62,483 nt of DNA. Origin: an uncultured Bacteroidales bacterium. GTDB taxonomy: Bacteria > Bacteroidota > Bacteroidia > Bacteroidales > FEN-979. Position numbers and translations under genes: made by a program. The DNA lies in contig CAIJYT010000149.1 in the NCBI GenBank assembly GCA_903824935.1, forward strand, positions 1 to 62,483, given 5' to 3'. Shown piece after piece: positions 50,201-59,123 of this stretch (position 1 is the first letter of the stretch; each line of letters opens with the position of its first letter). The notes under the pieces are model-generated. The model searched no databases. It was not told where the DNA came from and saw only the letters and a list, made by a program, of their open reading frames with translations.

Positions 50201-52165
50201 ATGAAAAAGATATTTCCTGTTCTGTTTTCAGCCCTGCTGATCCAGGTTTTTACAACTGTTAATGCCCAATACCCGGCAGCATTAAGTGCACCAAAGGGAG
50301 TTTTCGTTCTGTTCGATTCGGCCTGGCATAAAAATTCAGTGATTGAAATCAGCCGCAGTGACAATTCCGGCAGCTTTAAAGATCTTGCCAAAATCACGGT
50401 TCCTGTCGTCGAATCCGAATTTAAAAAAGGAATAAAGACTGCTGAAAAGGATTTTACCGCTTTGCCCGAAGCGGATGAGAAATCGGTTTCGGCCTGGTGG
50501 ATGGGGCTTAATGCCAGTCAGGCCATGCCTGTCTTTATGATGAATCCTGCAGGCCTCATTGCTGCAGGGATCGCATTCTATGATAAAACAGCTGTGACAG
50601 GAATTACCAGCAGTTACCGCATCAGGATCACCGGACCCGATGGATCTACGGTAATGCAAAAATTCACAGGGAATACCTTACTCCCGGCAAGGGAATCACT
50701 GCCGGTCCCGCACTTTGTCAAGGCTGTTGAAGACGAAAGGATTATCCGTGTTTGCTGGGGCTATGTTCCAAAGAAAATGCCTGCATTTGTCAAAGTATAC
50801 CGGCTCATGGAGGGTGAAAAAGACTACGGGGAAATGAAGTTCAGCGGGGGATTCAATGTTAAGGGCGACAGTGTTTACATCACTCACAGTGACACCATGG
50901 TTAAAGCTATGTCGGCGTACAAATACGTTATCCGCGCTTTCGACTGGCTGGGCAATGCCTTTCCGGTTTCAGATACCGCAATCGCCCGTGCTTACTCGGT
51001 TTACTCGGCACCGGTCATCCGCATGTTCTATACAAAAGCAATACCCGAAAAACATGCCATCAGGCTTTCATGGCCGCAACCCGAAGGACAGAGCCTCAGG
51101 GGAATTTTGCTGTTCCGTTCGGCCAGTATTGACGGCAGTTATATACATCTGGCCACCCTGCCGGCAACCGACACTTCATATACCGATATTGTGCCCATGG
51201 CCAATGAGAATTACTGGTATTTTGCTGTTGTCGCAAACCGCTTCGGATACGGGATGCCAAGCACAAGGGTGTTCGACCTTGTAAGCACTTCTACCATTCC
51301 TTTACAGCCATCTGCTCCCAAAATTTCGGCTGCGAAAAAAGGGGCCGCAATCAGCTGGTCAGGCAAAGGCGAATTTATCAAAGGATATTATGTTTACAGG
51401 GGAGAAGGGTACCGGGGGCAGTTAAAACAGCTGAGTGATATCGTCAAACCTTCTCCAAGTCCGTTTTACCTCGATTCTACGGCGTTGCCCGGATCAGCTT
51501 ACCGCTATGCCGTTGCCGCCCTGGGCGAGGGAAACGGTATCAGTAAGTTTTCCGATTCAGTATCCGTTATGATCCCTGCAAATGGGCATATAACAGTACC
51601 TTTCAACCTGAGTTACCGTATCGACGGTTCAGTAATTATGCTTTTCTGGGAGAATCTTCTCATCGATGACGGAATGGTCAGGGGATATTTGGTATATCGC
51701 AAAGCCGGCGGGAAGACTGACTTCAGCAGGCTAACCCAGTCTGCCTTGTCATCACTGACGAATTCATTTATAGATTCAACAGTCATGGGAGGTCAAACAG
51801 TTGAGTACTCCGTCGCATCGGTCGATCCAAAGGGCATTGAGAGCCAGAGTAGCATCTCCATTGTAATTGAGATGCCTGAACTTGCAAGGATACAGGTGGG
51901 AAACCTTTCACTGATTAACGATGGGGGCAACGTCATTGTGAAATGGTCTGAAATAAGCGACCCCGCCTTAATCTCATTCAAAGTCTTCAGGTTTACCGAA
52001 ACAAGCGAACCCGTTCTGATAGGGACAGCGAAACCCGGAGAAAATTACATCACCGACCGCTCACCGGCGAGAGGCAATGTTCTGAATAACTATTTTGTAA
52101 AAGCAGTTTACGGTGAAGGTATGGAGACCGAACCTGCAGAAATACCGGCAATTAGGGTTCCCTAG
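50201..52165 (+). CDS. Exported fibronectin type III repeat protein
   Basis: Signal peptide; ~6 repeats of L.W...GY.VYR...Y.D...Y.Y.V.A; no T9SS CTD. Confidence 0.8.
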   Translation: MKKIFPVLFSALLIQVFTTVNAQYPAALSAPKGVFVLFDSAWHKNSVIEISRSDNSGSFKDLAKITVPVVESEFKKGIKTAEKDFTALPEADEKSVSAWWMGLNASQAMPVFMMNPAGLIAAGIAFYDKTAVTGITSSYRIRITGPDGSTVMQKFTGNTLLPARESLPVPHFVKAVEDERIIRVCWGYVPKKMPAFVKVYRLMEGEKDYGEMKFSGGFNVKGDSVYITHSDTMVKAMSAYKYVIRAFDWLGNAFPVSDTAIARAYSVYSAPVIRMFYTKAIPEKHAIRLSWPQPEGQSLRGILLFRSASIDGSYIHLATLPATDTSYTDIVPMANENYWYFAVVANRFGYGMPSTRVFDLVSTSTIPLQPSAPKISAAKKGAAISWSGKGEFIKGYYVYRGEGYRGQLKQLSDIVKPSPSPFYLDSTALPGSAYRYAVAALGEGNGISKFSDSVSVMIPANGHITVPFNLSYRIDGSVIMLFWENLLIDDGMVRGYLVYRKAGGKTDFSRLTQSALSSLTNSFIDSTVMGGQTVEYSVASVDPKGIESQSSISIVIEMPELARIQVGNLSLINDGGNVIVKWSEISDPALISFKVFRFTETSEPVLIGTAKPGENYITDRSPARGNVLNNYFVKAVYGEGMETEPAEIPAIRVP

Positions 52166-52995
52166 AACTCGTCGGGCAAGGCTTTCAGCTGGGCATAAGT
52201 GAATACGGGCCCGTCCTTGCAGATATAAGTACTTCCGATATTGCACCTGCCGCATTTACCCAGTCCGCACTGCATCTTCATTTCAAGAGTAGTGATAACA
52301 TGCTCTGGGGAAAATCCCAGGCGGTCGAGCGACTGCAGTGTGTATTTGATCATGATCGGCGGTCCGCAGGTGATCACCTTGGTGTTGGCGATCTCAGGCT
52401 TCACCACTTCTTCGAGGATCTTGGGAACCACTCCAACATTCTCCTTCCAGTTATCCTCAGCTTTGTCAATGGTCAGAACCACCTTGATGCTGGTGTTTTT
52501 CTTCCATTCTTCTATTTCTTCCTTATAACAAAGGTCTGCGGATGTACGGGCACCATAAAGAATGGTAAAGTCCTTGTAATCGGTACGATGGTCAATACAG
52601 TATTGTATCAATGAACGCAAGGGGGCCAGGCCTATTCCACCACCCACGAACAAAAGATTCCTGCCTTTGATCTCTTCCACTGGAAACCAGTTACCGTAGG
52701 GGCCGCGAATTCCAACCTCATCCCCCTCCTCGATATTCAGGTGAATGTCGGCGGTAACAACACCGGCCTTTTTGATCGAGCAGTCAAAATATCCTTTTCT
52801 CGTGGCAGAAGATGAAATACAGAACGTGCATTCACCGGACCCAAGCAGTGAGAATTCAACGAATTGCCCAGGCTCCCAGGTGAACTTTTCCATCAGGGCT
52901 TCATCCTTGAATTTCAATCTGTAAGTCCTCACGTCAGGCGTTTCCTGTATTATTCTGTCAACTTTTGCCAGGGAGGGAACTAATAATGCTTCCAT
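52162..52995 (-). CDS. flxA: FlxA: FAD/NAD(H)-binding oxidoreductase with 2Fe-2S (PyrK/AsrB-like)
   Basis: GPYGN, VGGGIGLAPLRS, CGPPIM, MQCGLGKCGRC..CKDGPVF; start set at ATG 52995. Confidence 0.85.
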   Translation of the reverse strand: MEALLVPSLAKVDRIIQETPDVRTYRLKFKDEALMEKFTWEPGQFVEFSLLGSGECTFCISSSATRKGYFDCSIKKAGVVTADIHLNIEEGDEVGIRGPYGNWFPVEEIKGRNLLFVGGGIGLAPLRSLIQYCIDHRTDYKDFTILYGARTSADLCYKEEIEEWKKNTSIKVVLTIDKAEDNWKENVGVVPKILEEVVKPEIANTKVITCGPPIMIKYTLQSLDRLGFSPEHVITTLEMKMQCGLGKCGRCNIGSTYICKDGPVFTYAQLKALPDEF

Positions 52996-53011
52996 AATTT
53001 CAAAATTTAAA

Positions 53012-53056
53012 TAGCGAAGTAGCGAGGTAGCGAAATAGCGAAACCACATTTCGCTA
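53012..53056. repeat. Octamer array (TAGCGARR)x4 plus one inverted unit, flxB-flxA spacer
   Basis: tagcgaag tagcgagg tagcgaaa tagcgaaa ... atttcgcta. Confidence 0.8.
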
Positions 53057-53074
53057 CTTATTTTTATACTTTGT

Positions 53075-54133
53075 TTACAATACAACAGGTGTCGATGCAA
53101 CATGGTTAACTACGTCGAAAATACTGATGTTCACGGGGCAGGAAATGGCGCAATGCCCGCAGCCCACGCAGAGATTCACTCCGAAGCGTTCCTTATAAAA
53201 CACGAACTTGTGCATGGACCTCTGCCTCCAGCGTCGGTATTTTGCCGGGCGTGGATTATGGCCCCCTGCTTCAAGTGTAAAGTAAACATTGTTGCAGGAA
53301 TCGTAGCTCTTGTAACGAACACCTGTATCCTTGATCTTCACGTCGGAAATCTTGAAACAATGGCAGGTCGGGCAAATGAATGCGCAGGTGTTGCAGCTTA
53401 CGCAATTGCGTGAAGCTTCTTCAAATGCAGGCGAATTAAAGCGTTTCGACATTTTTTCATTCACGTCCTTGTAATCCATTTTCAGGCGGAACGAAGCAGC
53501 AAATGCCTCATATTGTTTTTTAATATCATCCATTGCCGACTGCTGACTGCCGACTGCCGACTGCTTCTCCAGGTTTTCCTTTAGAAAATTCTCTCCCTTT
53601 TCAGTTCGAGCCTGAATATAAAGCTTACCTCCGATTCCATTGACGAGGGCCACATCCGTAGCATCCAGGTTCTCCACATCATAATCAAGGGAGGTACAGA
53701 AACAATGGGTATCGGCCTTGTCGCAACGGGTTGAGAAGATTACGGTGTTAGCCCTGCGTTTCTGGAAGTCGCTGTCGATGTAATCCCATTTATTCACTGC
53801 TTCCAGAACCTGCAGCCCGCGTGCATCGCAATGCTTCACTCCCAATATGACACGGGGCACAGCCAGGTGGTCATCCTCCGTTTCAGAGACAGAGGTCCCG
53901 GCGCTGTTTGATTCATATTTCATGATCTTGGAGGAACGCGGGAAGAACAGGGGTTTCACGCTCATCGTCATGGCAATGGGTGAGTCCGGGTCGCATTCCT
54001 TCAGCGATGAAACCTTTTTATAATCATACTTCCCGAATTTCTCCACAGGAGCATAGGTCTCGTGCTTGCTGATGATGGCTTCATACAGTTTCTGCAAGCC
54101 AGCTTTATCGGTAACAAAGGTTGAAAAACTCAT
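53075..54133 (-). CDS. flxB: FlxB: 4Fe-4S dicluster protein (AsrA/HydB-like)
   Basis: GVKHCD, CFCTS, CVSCNTCAFICPTCHCF, CVGCGHCAISCP. Confidence 0.8.
   Translation of the reverse strand: MSFSTFVTDKAGLQKLYEAIISKHETYAPVEKFGKYDYKKVSSLKECDPDSPIAMTMSVKPLFFPRSSKIMKYESNSAGTSVSETEDDHLAVPRVILGVKHCDARGLQVLEAVNKWDYIDSDFQKRRANTVIFSTRCDKADTHCFCTSLDYDVENLDATDVALVNGIGGKLYIQARTEKGENFLKENLEKQSAVGSQQSAMDDIKKQYEAFAASFRLKMDYKDVNEKMSKRFNSPAFEEASRNCVSCNTCAFICPTCHCFKISDVKIKDTGVRYKSYDSCNNVYFTLEAGGHNPRPAKYRRWRQRSMHKFVFYKERFGVNLCVGCGHCAISCPVNISIFDVVNHVASTPVVL
53534..53564. repeat. Heptamer array (TGCYGAC)x4 inside flxB
   Basis: tgccgac tgctgac tgccgac tgccgac tgc, read as QSAVGSQQSA. Confidence 0.8.
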
Positions 54134-54148
54134 AATTCTTTCTTCGGA

Positions 54149-55000
54149 TTACATGATAAAATCATCGGGATCCTTGAGGCTGTATTTATAGAAAGCCCCG
54201 CGGTCGCCTTCTTCAACTCCGGCCAGGTGATTCTGGAAATTTTCGTAAATCACCTTCTCGTTCTGTTTATGCAGCAGGTGCAGCGGAAGATGGCTGGGAC
54301 AGGCTTTTTCACAGTTCCGGCAGTCAACGCAGCGGCCTGCCAGGTGCAGCGACCACGTCATCAGGGCATGGAAAGCGCTTGAAGAGGTGTTCGTTCCGTT
54401 GTACAAAGTTGATGTTTCCTGATCAATGCAGCACTTGGCGCAATAACAGAGAGGGCATGAATGTCTGCAGGCGTTACAGCGTATACAGTTTTCGAAGATC
54501 TCTTCGAAATATTCCCTGCGTTCAACCAGGCCTTTGGTGGCAAGCTCGGTAATGTCGGCATTTACAATATAATCCTTCTTCCCCTGTAGCTTTCCGAGCA
54601 TTTCATCATATACAACGGCATCCGGGATGAAACATTCCATGCAGTTTTGCATCTTGTTCCCCTTATCGTCAACCACACCCTCACAGGCGACCCCTATGAT
54701 ATAAAGCTTATCTCGTTTTACCTGGCTTTCGGTTAGCAGGAGGTTAAGGGAACGGCTGTCACAGCCTTTCACAACCAAACCCACCCTCTTGTTCCTGGTA
54801 TGATCGGCTTTGAGGTAATTTGTAAGGTTGAATACGGATTTTTCCGTAAAAACAAGGACCGACGTTTCTTTTGGATCGGTAATCACAACGGGTACCTGGT
54901 TGTCGTCGAAGCCGCTCATCCGGTAACCGACGAACACGTCGATCTTCCCTTCTGCGAAAAGCTTTGCGGCAATGTCCCGGATTTGGTTTGAATAGTCCAT
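54149..55000 (-). CDS. flxC: FlxC: 4Fe-4S dicluster protein
   Basis: KGCDSRS, CIRCNACRHSCPLCYC..C, HLAGRCVDCRNCEKACP. Confidence 0.8.
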   Translation of the reverse strand: MDYSNQIRDIAAKLFAEGKIDVFVGYRMSGFDDNQVPVVITDPKETSVLVFTEKSVFNLTNYLKADHTRNKRVGLVVKGCDSRSLNLLLTESQVKRDKLYIIGVACEGVVDDKGNKMQNCMECFIPDAVVYDEMLGKLQGKKDYIVNADITELATKGLVERREYFEEIFENCIRCNACRHSCPLCYCAKCCIDQETSTLYNGTNTSSSAFHALMTWSLHLAGRCVDCRNCEKACPSHLPLHLLHKQNEKVIYENFQNHLAGVEEGDRGAFYKYSLKDPDDFIM

Positions 55001-55485
55001 TATCGGTTAAAGTTTTCTTTTTTATACAAATGTAGAGGGCCGAGTTTTACAACATCATCGGTCACTTTTTTCACGACCTGGGCGAACTTGGCGCCTTCGG
55101 CAGCGGATACCCAGCTGAACTGTACCCTGTGCCCATGGAATCCCACCATTTTAAGCAGTTCTTTGGTTACCAGGAAACGCCTGCGGGCGTAATAATTCCC
55201 GCTGATGTAATGGCAGTCGCCCGGGTGACAGCCCGAGATCAGCACGCCATCCGCAGTGGTTTGTAAAGCCTTGATGATAAACCAGGGATCGACCCGTGAA
55301 GAACAGGGAACCCTGATGATGCGGATGTTCGGCGGATACTGTGTACGGGATGTACCTGTAAGGTCCGAGCCCGCATAGGAACACCAGTTGCATAGAATAC
55401 CCATAATCACCGGTTTCCAGTCCGGAGGCGCGATGAGCTCGGGTTTCTCAATGCTGACGATTTTGTCTTTTGATTCTGCTTCCAT
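55000..55485 (-). CDS. flxD: FlxD / MvhD-like 2Fe-2S subunit
   Basis: LCNWCSYAG.D, RVPCSSRVDP, GCHPGDCHY, WVSAAEG. Confidence 0.88.
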   Translation of the reverse strand: MEAESKDKIVSIEKPELIAPPDWKPVIMGILCNWCSYAGSDLTGTSRTQYPPNIRIIRVPCSSRVDPWFIIKALQTTADGVLISGCHPGDCHYISGNYYARRRFLVTKELLKMVGFHGHRVQFSWVSAAEGAKFAQVVKKVTDDVVKLGPLHLYKKENFNR

Positions 55486-57458
55486 TAAATAGCAACTATC
55501 TCGTTAATGATTTGAGGATCTGTAAAACCGGCCAGGTTTATAGCCATGGAACGGCAGATGGCTACGCATGAGCCGCACCCCTGGCATACGCCTTCGTTGA
55601 TTTTGGCCACGGTACGCATTTCCTTTGCGCCATGTCCGAGGGGAATATCTTCAGTTACGATAGCCTGGTAAGGACAAACTTTCACACAGTTCTGGCAGCC
55701 GCTGCAAAATTCCTTGCTGACCGTTGAGACCATCGGGTCCTTCTTGATGGTGTCACCTGCGAAAAGTCCGCAAACCTTGGCTGCACAAGCCGAAGCCTGG
55801 GCAACAGTCTCGGGAATATCCTTGGGCGCCTGGGTGCATCCTGCCAGGAAAATTCCGGCTTTGGCCGTTTCAACAGGGCGAAGTTTGGGATGTGCTTCCG
55901 AGAGATATCCGTACTTATCATAGGATATGCCCAGTAGCCTTGCCAGTGCCGGGTTCCCTTTATCGGGAATGACAGCAGTTGCCAATACCACCAGGTCGGC
56001 TTCAACCTCAACTTCCTGTCCAAGCTGACCGTCTTCCCCGCGAACCATCAGTTTGTCGCCTTTCTGGTATATCTTCGACACCCGCCCTCTGAGGTAAACA
56101 GCTCCTGTTTCCACCTGGGCGCGGTTTACGAATTCTTCATATCCCTTGCCTGCGGCACGGATGTCCATATAAAAAATATAGGCCCTCGAATCATGTACTT
56201 TATGATGAAGGAGGATGGCGTGCTTGGCTGTATACATACAGCAGATCTTCGAGCAAAACTCTATTCCCTTGGCTTTATCGCGGGAACCAACGCATTTGAT
56301 AAAAACAACGGTCTTTGGGACTTTCCCGTCGGATGGCCTTACAGGCACACCTCCGGTGGGGCCGTTAGCCGAGACCATTCTTTCGAATTCAAGCGAATTG
56401 ATGATGTCTTTGTAACGTCCTACACCATACTCTTCGTAAGGCGTTGCATCCCAAAGGTCATAGCCGGTTGCAACAACAACAGCGCCTATTTCCCTTTCGA
56501 TCACCTCATCCACCATCTTATAATCAATAGAGCCTTTTTCGCATACCTTGGCACAGATACCGCATTTGCCTTTCAGTAAATAGGTGCAGTGTTCGGCATC
56601 GATAACGGGTTTGTTGGGCACGGCCTGGGGGAATGGCGTATAAATTGCTTTACGCTTGTCTATCCCCATATTATATTCGTTCGGCACCTTTACAGGGCAT
56701 TTCTGTGAGCAGGCACCGCAACCTGTACAGGTCTTGAAATTCACATAGGAGGCTTTCTTCCGGATTTTGGCCTTGTAATTCCCGACGTAACCGTCGAGTT
56801 CTATCACCTCGGAATACGGAATAAGCTCAATGTACGGATGGGAGGCTACATCCACCATTTTTGGAGTAAGGATGCACTGTGAGCAGTCGAGTGTGGGGAA
56901 GGTTTCATCAAGCTGCGACATGCGGCCGCCTATTGATGGGCTTCTTTCGACCAGGGTCACCGGGATGCGGGCATCTGCAATATCCAGGGCTGCCTGTATC
57001 CCTGCAATCCCGCCTCCGATAACCAGGGCACGTTTTGTCACGGGGACCGAAATCTCATGCAGCTGTTCGTTGGCTATGGATTTGGCAACAGCCATCCTTA
57101 CCAGGTCACCTGCTTTATCTGTCGCCCCTTTCTTATCTTTCTGGTGCACCCATGATGAATGTTCCCTGATGTTTGCGCATTCCAGGAGGTAAGGGTTCAT
57201 ACCTGCATCGCTGAGGGCCTTTCGGAAGGTCTTCTCATGCATGCGGGGGGAACAGGCGGCAACGACGATAGACGTCAGCCTGTGCTGTACAATGGCGTCC
57301 CTGATCATCTGCTGACCGGGATCGGAACACATATACTTATAGTCAATCGCAAATTTGACGTCCCTTATCTTTTTGGCTTCCTCGACAACGGTCGGGACAT
57401 CCACAAAATCGGCAATGTTGGCGCCGCAGAAACAAACGAATACTCCTACTCTTGCCAT
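55485..57458 (-). CDS. hdrA: Heterodisulfide reductase subunit A (flavin-bifurcating)
   Basis: VGVFVCFCG, AACSP..HE.TF, NIRE, IGGGIAG, TFPTLDCSQC, CVGSR...CSKICC, C-terminal ferredoxin. Confidence 0.95.
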   Translation of the reverse strand: MARVGVFVCFCGANIADFVDVPTVVEEAKKIRDVKFAIDYKYMCSDPGQQMIRDAIVQHRLTSIVVAACSPRMHEKTFRKALSDAGMNPYLLECANIREHSSWVHQKDKKGATDKAGDLVRMAVAKSIANEQLHEISVPVTKRALVIGGGIAGIQAALDIADARIPVTLVERSPSIGGRMSQLDETFPTLDCSQCILTPKMVDVASHPYIELIPYSEVIELDGYVGNYKAKIRKKASYVNFKTCTGCGACSQKCPVKVPNEYNMGIDKRKAIYTPFPQAVPNKPVIDAEHCTYLLKGKCGICAKVCEKGSIDYKMVDEVIEREIGAVVVATGYDLWDATPYEEYGVGRYKDIINSLEFERMVSANGPTGGVPVRPSDGKVPKTVVFIKCVGSRDKAKGIEFCSKICCMYTAKHAILLHHKVHDSRAYIFYMDIRAAGKGYEEFVNRAQVETGAVYLRGRVSKIYQKGDKLMVRGEDGQLGQEVEVEADLVVLATAVIPDKGNPALARLLGISYDKYGYLSEAHPKLRPVETAKAGIFLAGCTQAPKDIPETVAQASACAAKVCGLFAGDTIKKDPMVSTVSKEFCSGCQNCVKVCPYQAIVTEDIPLGHGAKEMRTVAKINEGVCQGCGSCVAICRSMAINLAGFTDPQIINEIVAI

Positions 57459-58402
57459 TATTCAACCTCACTTTCTGCCTGAACGGCTTTTTTACCCTTT
57501 ACAGGTTTCTTCGGTTCTTCAATAACTTCTCCAATATGGGCCAGTGCAGAGTCGACTGGAATGATATGTTTGGCGAACATCATCTTTGCCTTCGGGAACC
57601 CGAAGGCAATGGCCATCAACTGGGTCAGATAGAAAACCGGGAGATCATATTTAACATGGTATTTCTTTTCAATATCGTGCTGCCTCATATCAAGGTTCGA
57701 CTGGCAGAGAGGACAGGCCACCACGATTGCATGGGCTCCGCTTTCCTTCGCCATTTCCAGGATCTTGCCGCTCAGCTGAAGCACAATATCCGTATCGGAA
57801 ATTGAAAAAGAAGCGCCGCAGCATTCGGTCTTGAAATCGAAGGGGGTAGCCTTCGCACCCAGGGCTTCCACGATGCGGTCCATCGACATAGGATATTCCG
57901 GTGAATCAAACTGGGTGATTGCTTTAGGGCGGGTAAGCAAACAGCCGTAATAACAGGCCAGCTTCATCCCGCTGATAGGATTGGTCACCTTTGCCTTAAT
58001 GGCTTCAAGGCCCATGTCTTCATAGCAATACTGAAGCATGGATTTTATTGCAACCTTTCCTTCATAATTGCCTTCACCCACCACTGCAGTGTTGATCCTT
58101 GCTGCCAGTTCGGGATTTTCATCCATATGCACCTTGGTTGCCTTCATCCTCTGGTAACAGGAAGCGCAGGGAATAGTCATTGTATCGTTGCTGAGTTTTT
58201 CGGCAAGGACCAGGTTTCGCAGCGGAAGGGCATATGAAAGGCTTTCGCTCAGGGTATGTGCTGAGGTAGCACCACAGCAATTCCAGTCGGGGATCTCTTC
58301 CATTTCGACATCCATGGTCTTCATAACCATTTTTACCGTTTCGTCAAATTCCTCACTGGTGCCGTGGGCCGAACAGCCCGGGAAATAACTTACTTCCTTC
58401 AT
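57458..58402 (-). CDS. hdrB: Heterodisulfide reductase subunit B (CCG domains)
   Basis: YFPGC, WNCCGA, PCASC; YYGC, ECCGA, ACPLCQ.NLD. Confidence 0.93.
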   Translation of the reverse strand: MKEVSYFPGCSAHGTSEEFDETVKMVMKTMDVEMEEIPDWNCCGATSAHTLSESLSYALPLRNLVLAEKLSNDTMTIPCASCYQRMKATKVHMDENPELAARINTAVVGEGNYEGKVAIKSMLQYCYEDMGLEAIKAKVTNPISGMKLACYYGCLLTRPKAITQFDSPEYPMSMDRIVEALGAKATPFDFKTECCGASFSISDTDIVLQLSGKILEMAKESGAHAIVVACPLCQSNLDMRQHDIEKKYHVKYDLPVFYLTQLMAIAFGFPKAKMMFAKHIIPVDSALAHIGEVIEEPKKPVKGKKAVQAESEVE

Positions 58403-58413
58403 TTTAAACAGTC

Positions 58414-58986
58414 TTATTTATTCTGTTTTTCAAGCTTTTCTGCCATCTCATACATCTTTTTAATGGCTTTTTTGCTCTTCAATGGCTTCACTCCTAAGGG
58501 GATCTTGCCTTTCAGCAGTGCTGTCGGCGCAAGGTGCATATCCTTAAAGAGGTTCCGGGTACGGATATTGAATTCAGCCATCATCCTTAACTCGTAATTC
58601 CTTCCGTAACGCTTGATCATATCCAGGAAGATCTCATGGAATTTCCTGATGTTCTTTACCTGTTTGGAATCAGGGGTGAAGTTTTCTTCAATGGCCAGGT
58701 GACGTACTGCTTCCATTACTGCAGGTATGTTGATCTCACGCGGACAGCGTCCCGAGCAGGCCGAACATGTAAGGCAGAACCAGGTGGAGTTAGCCATCAG
58801 GGTTTCTTCCTTAAGTTCCAGCTTGATCATCTGCATGATCTCGCGGGGTGGAAAATCCATGAAATTTGAGACCGGACAAGTCGACACGCATTTGCCGCAC
58901 TGGTAACATTCCAGCACATCAGCGCCGCTTTTCTTATTCACGGCTTCCAGGAAAGCGTTCTTACCTTTGTATGAGAGTGTTATCAT
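58414..58986 (-). CDS. hdrC: Heterodisulfide reductase subunit C
   Basis: CYQCGKCVSTCP and WFCLTCSACSGRCPR. Confidence 0.93.
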   Translation of the reverse strand: MITLSYKGKNAFLEAVNKKSGADVLECYQCGKCVSTCPVSNFMDFPPREIMQMIKLELKEETLMANSTWFCLTCSACSGRCPREINIPAVMEAVRHLAIEENFTPDSKQVKNIRKFHEIFLDMIKRYGRNYELRMMAEFNIRTRNLFKDMHLAPTALLKGKIPLGVKPLKSKKAIKKMYEMAEKLEKQNK

Positions 58987-59001
58987 ATAAATTCCTTGGA
59001 A

Positions 59002-59029
59002 CTGTTAATATTTTAACAGCCCAAAGTTA
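59002..59029 (-). promoter_or_regulatory. hdr-flx promoter -7 element with adjacent Rex-like palindrome
   Basis: TAACTTTG at 59022-59029; perfect-arm palindrome CTGTTAA-TATT-TTAACAG at 59002-59019 covering the predicted TSS. Confidence 0.6.
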
Positions 59030-59095
59030 CTAAAGATTTCTTTTGGACAGAATCTAAATTAGGTGGGGTCTTGATTCTCTGTTTTCGTCTTGTTT

Positions 59096-59123
59096 TTCAC
59101 GGATCACGGTTCACGGTTCACAT
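59096..59123. repeat. Heptamer array (WTCACGG)x4 overlapping the acyltransferase stop
   Basis: ttcacgg atcacgg ttcacgg ttcacat. Confidence 0.75.

Noticed and set aside
55000-57458. Possible selenocysteine in HdrA or FlxD
   Set aside because: Both frames are open with Cys at the relevant motifs; no in-frame TGA
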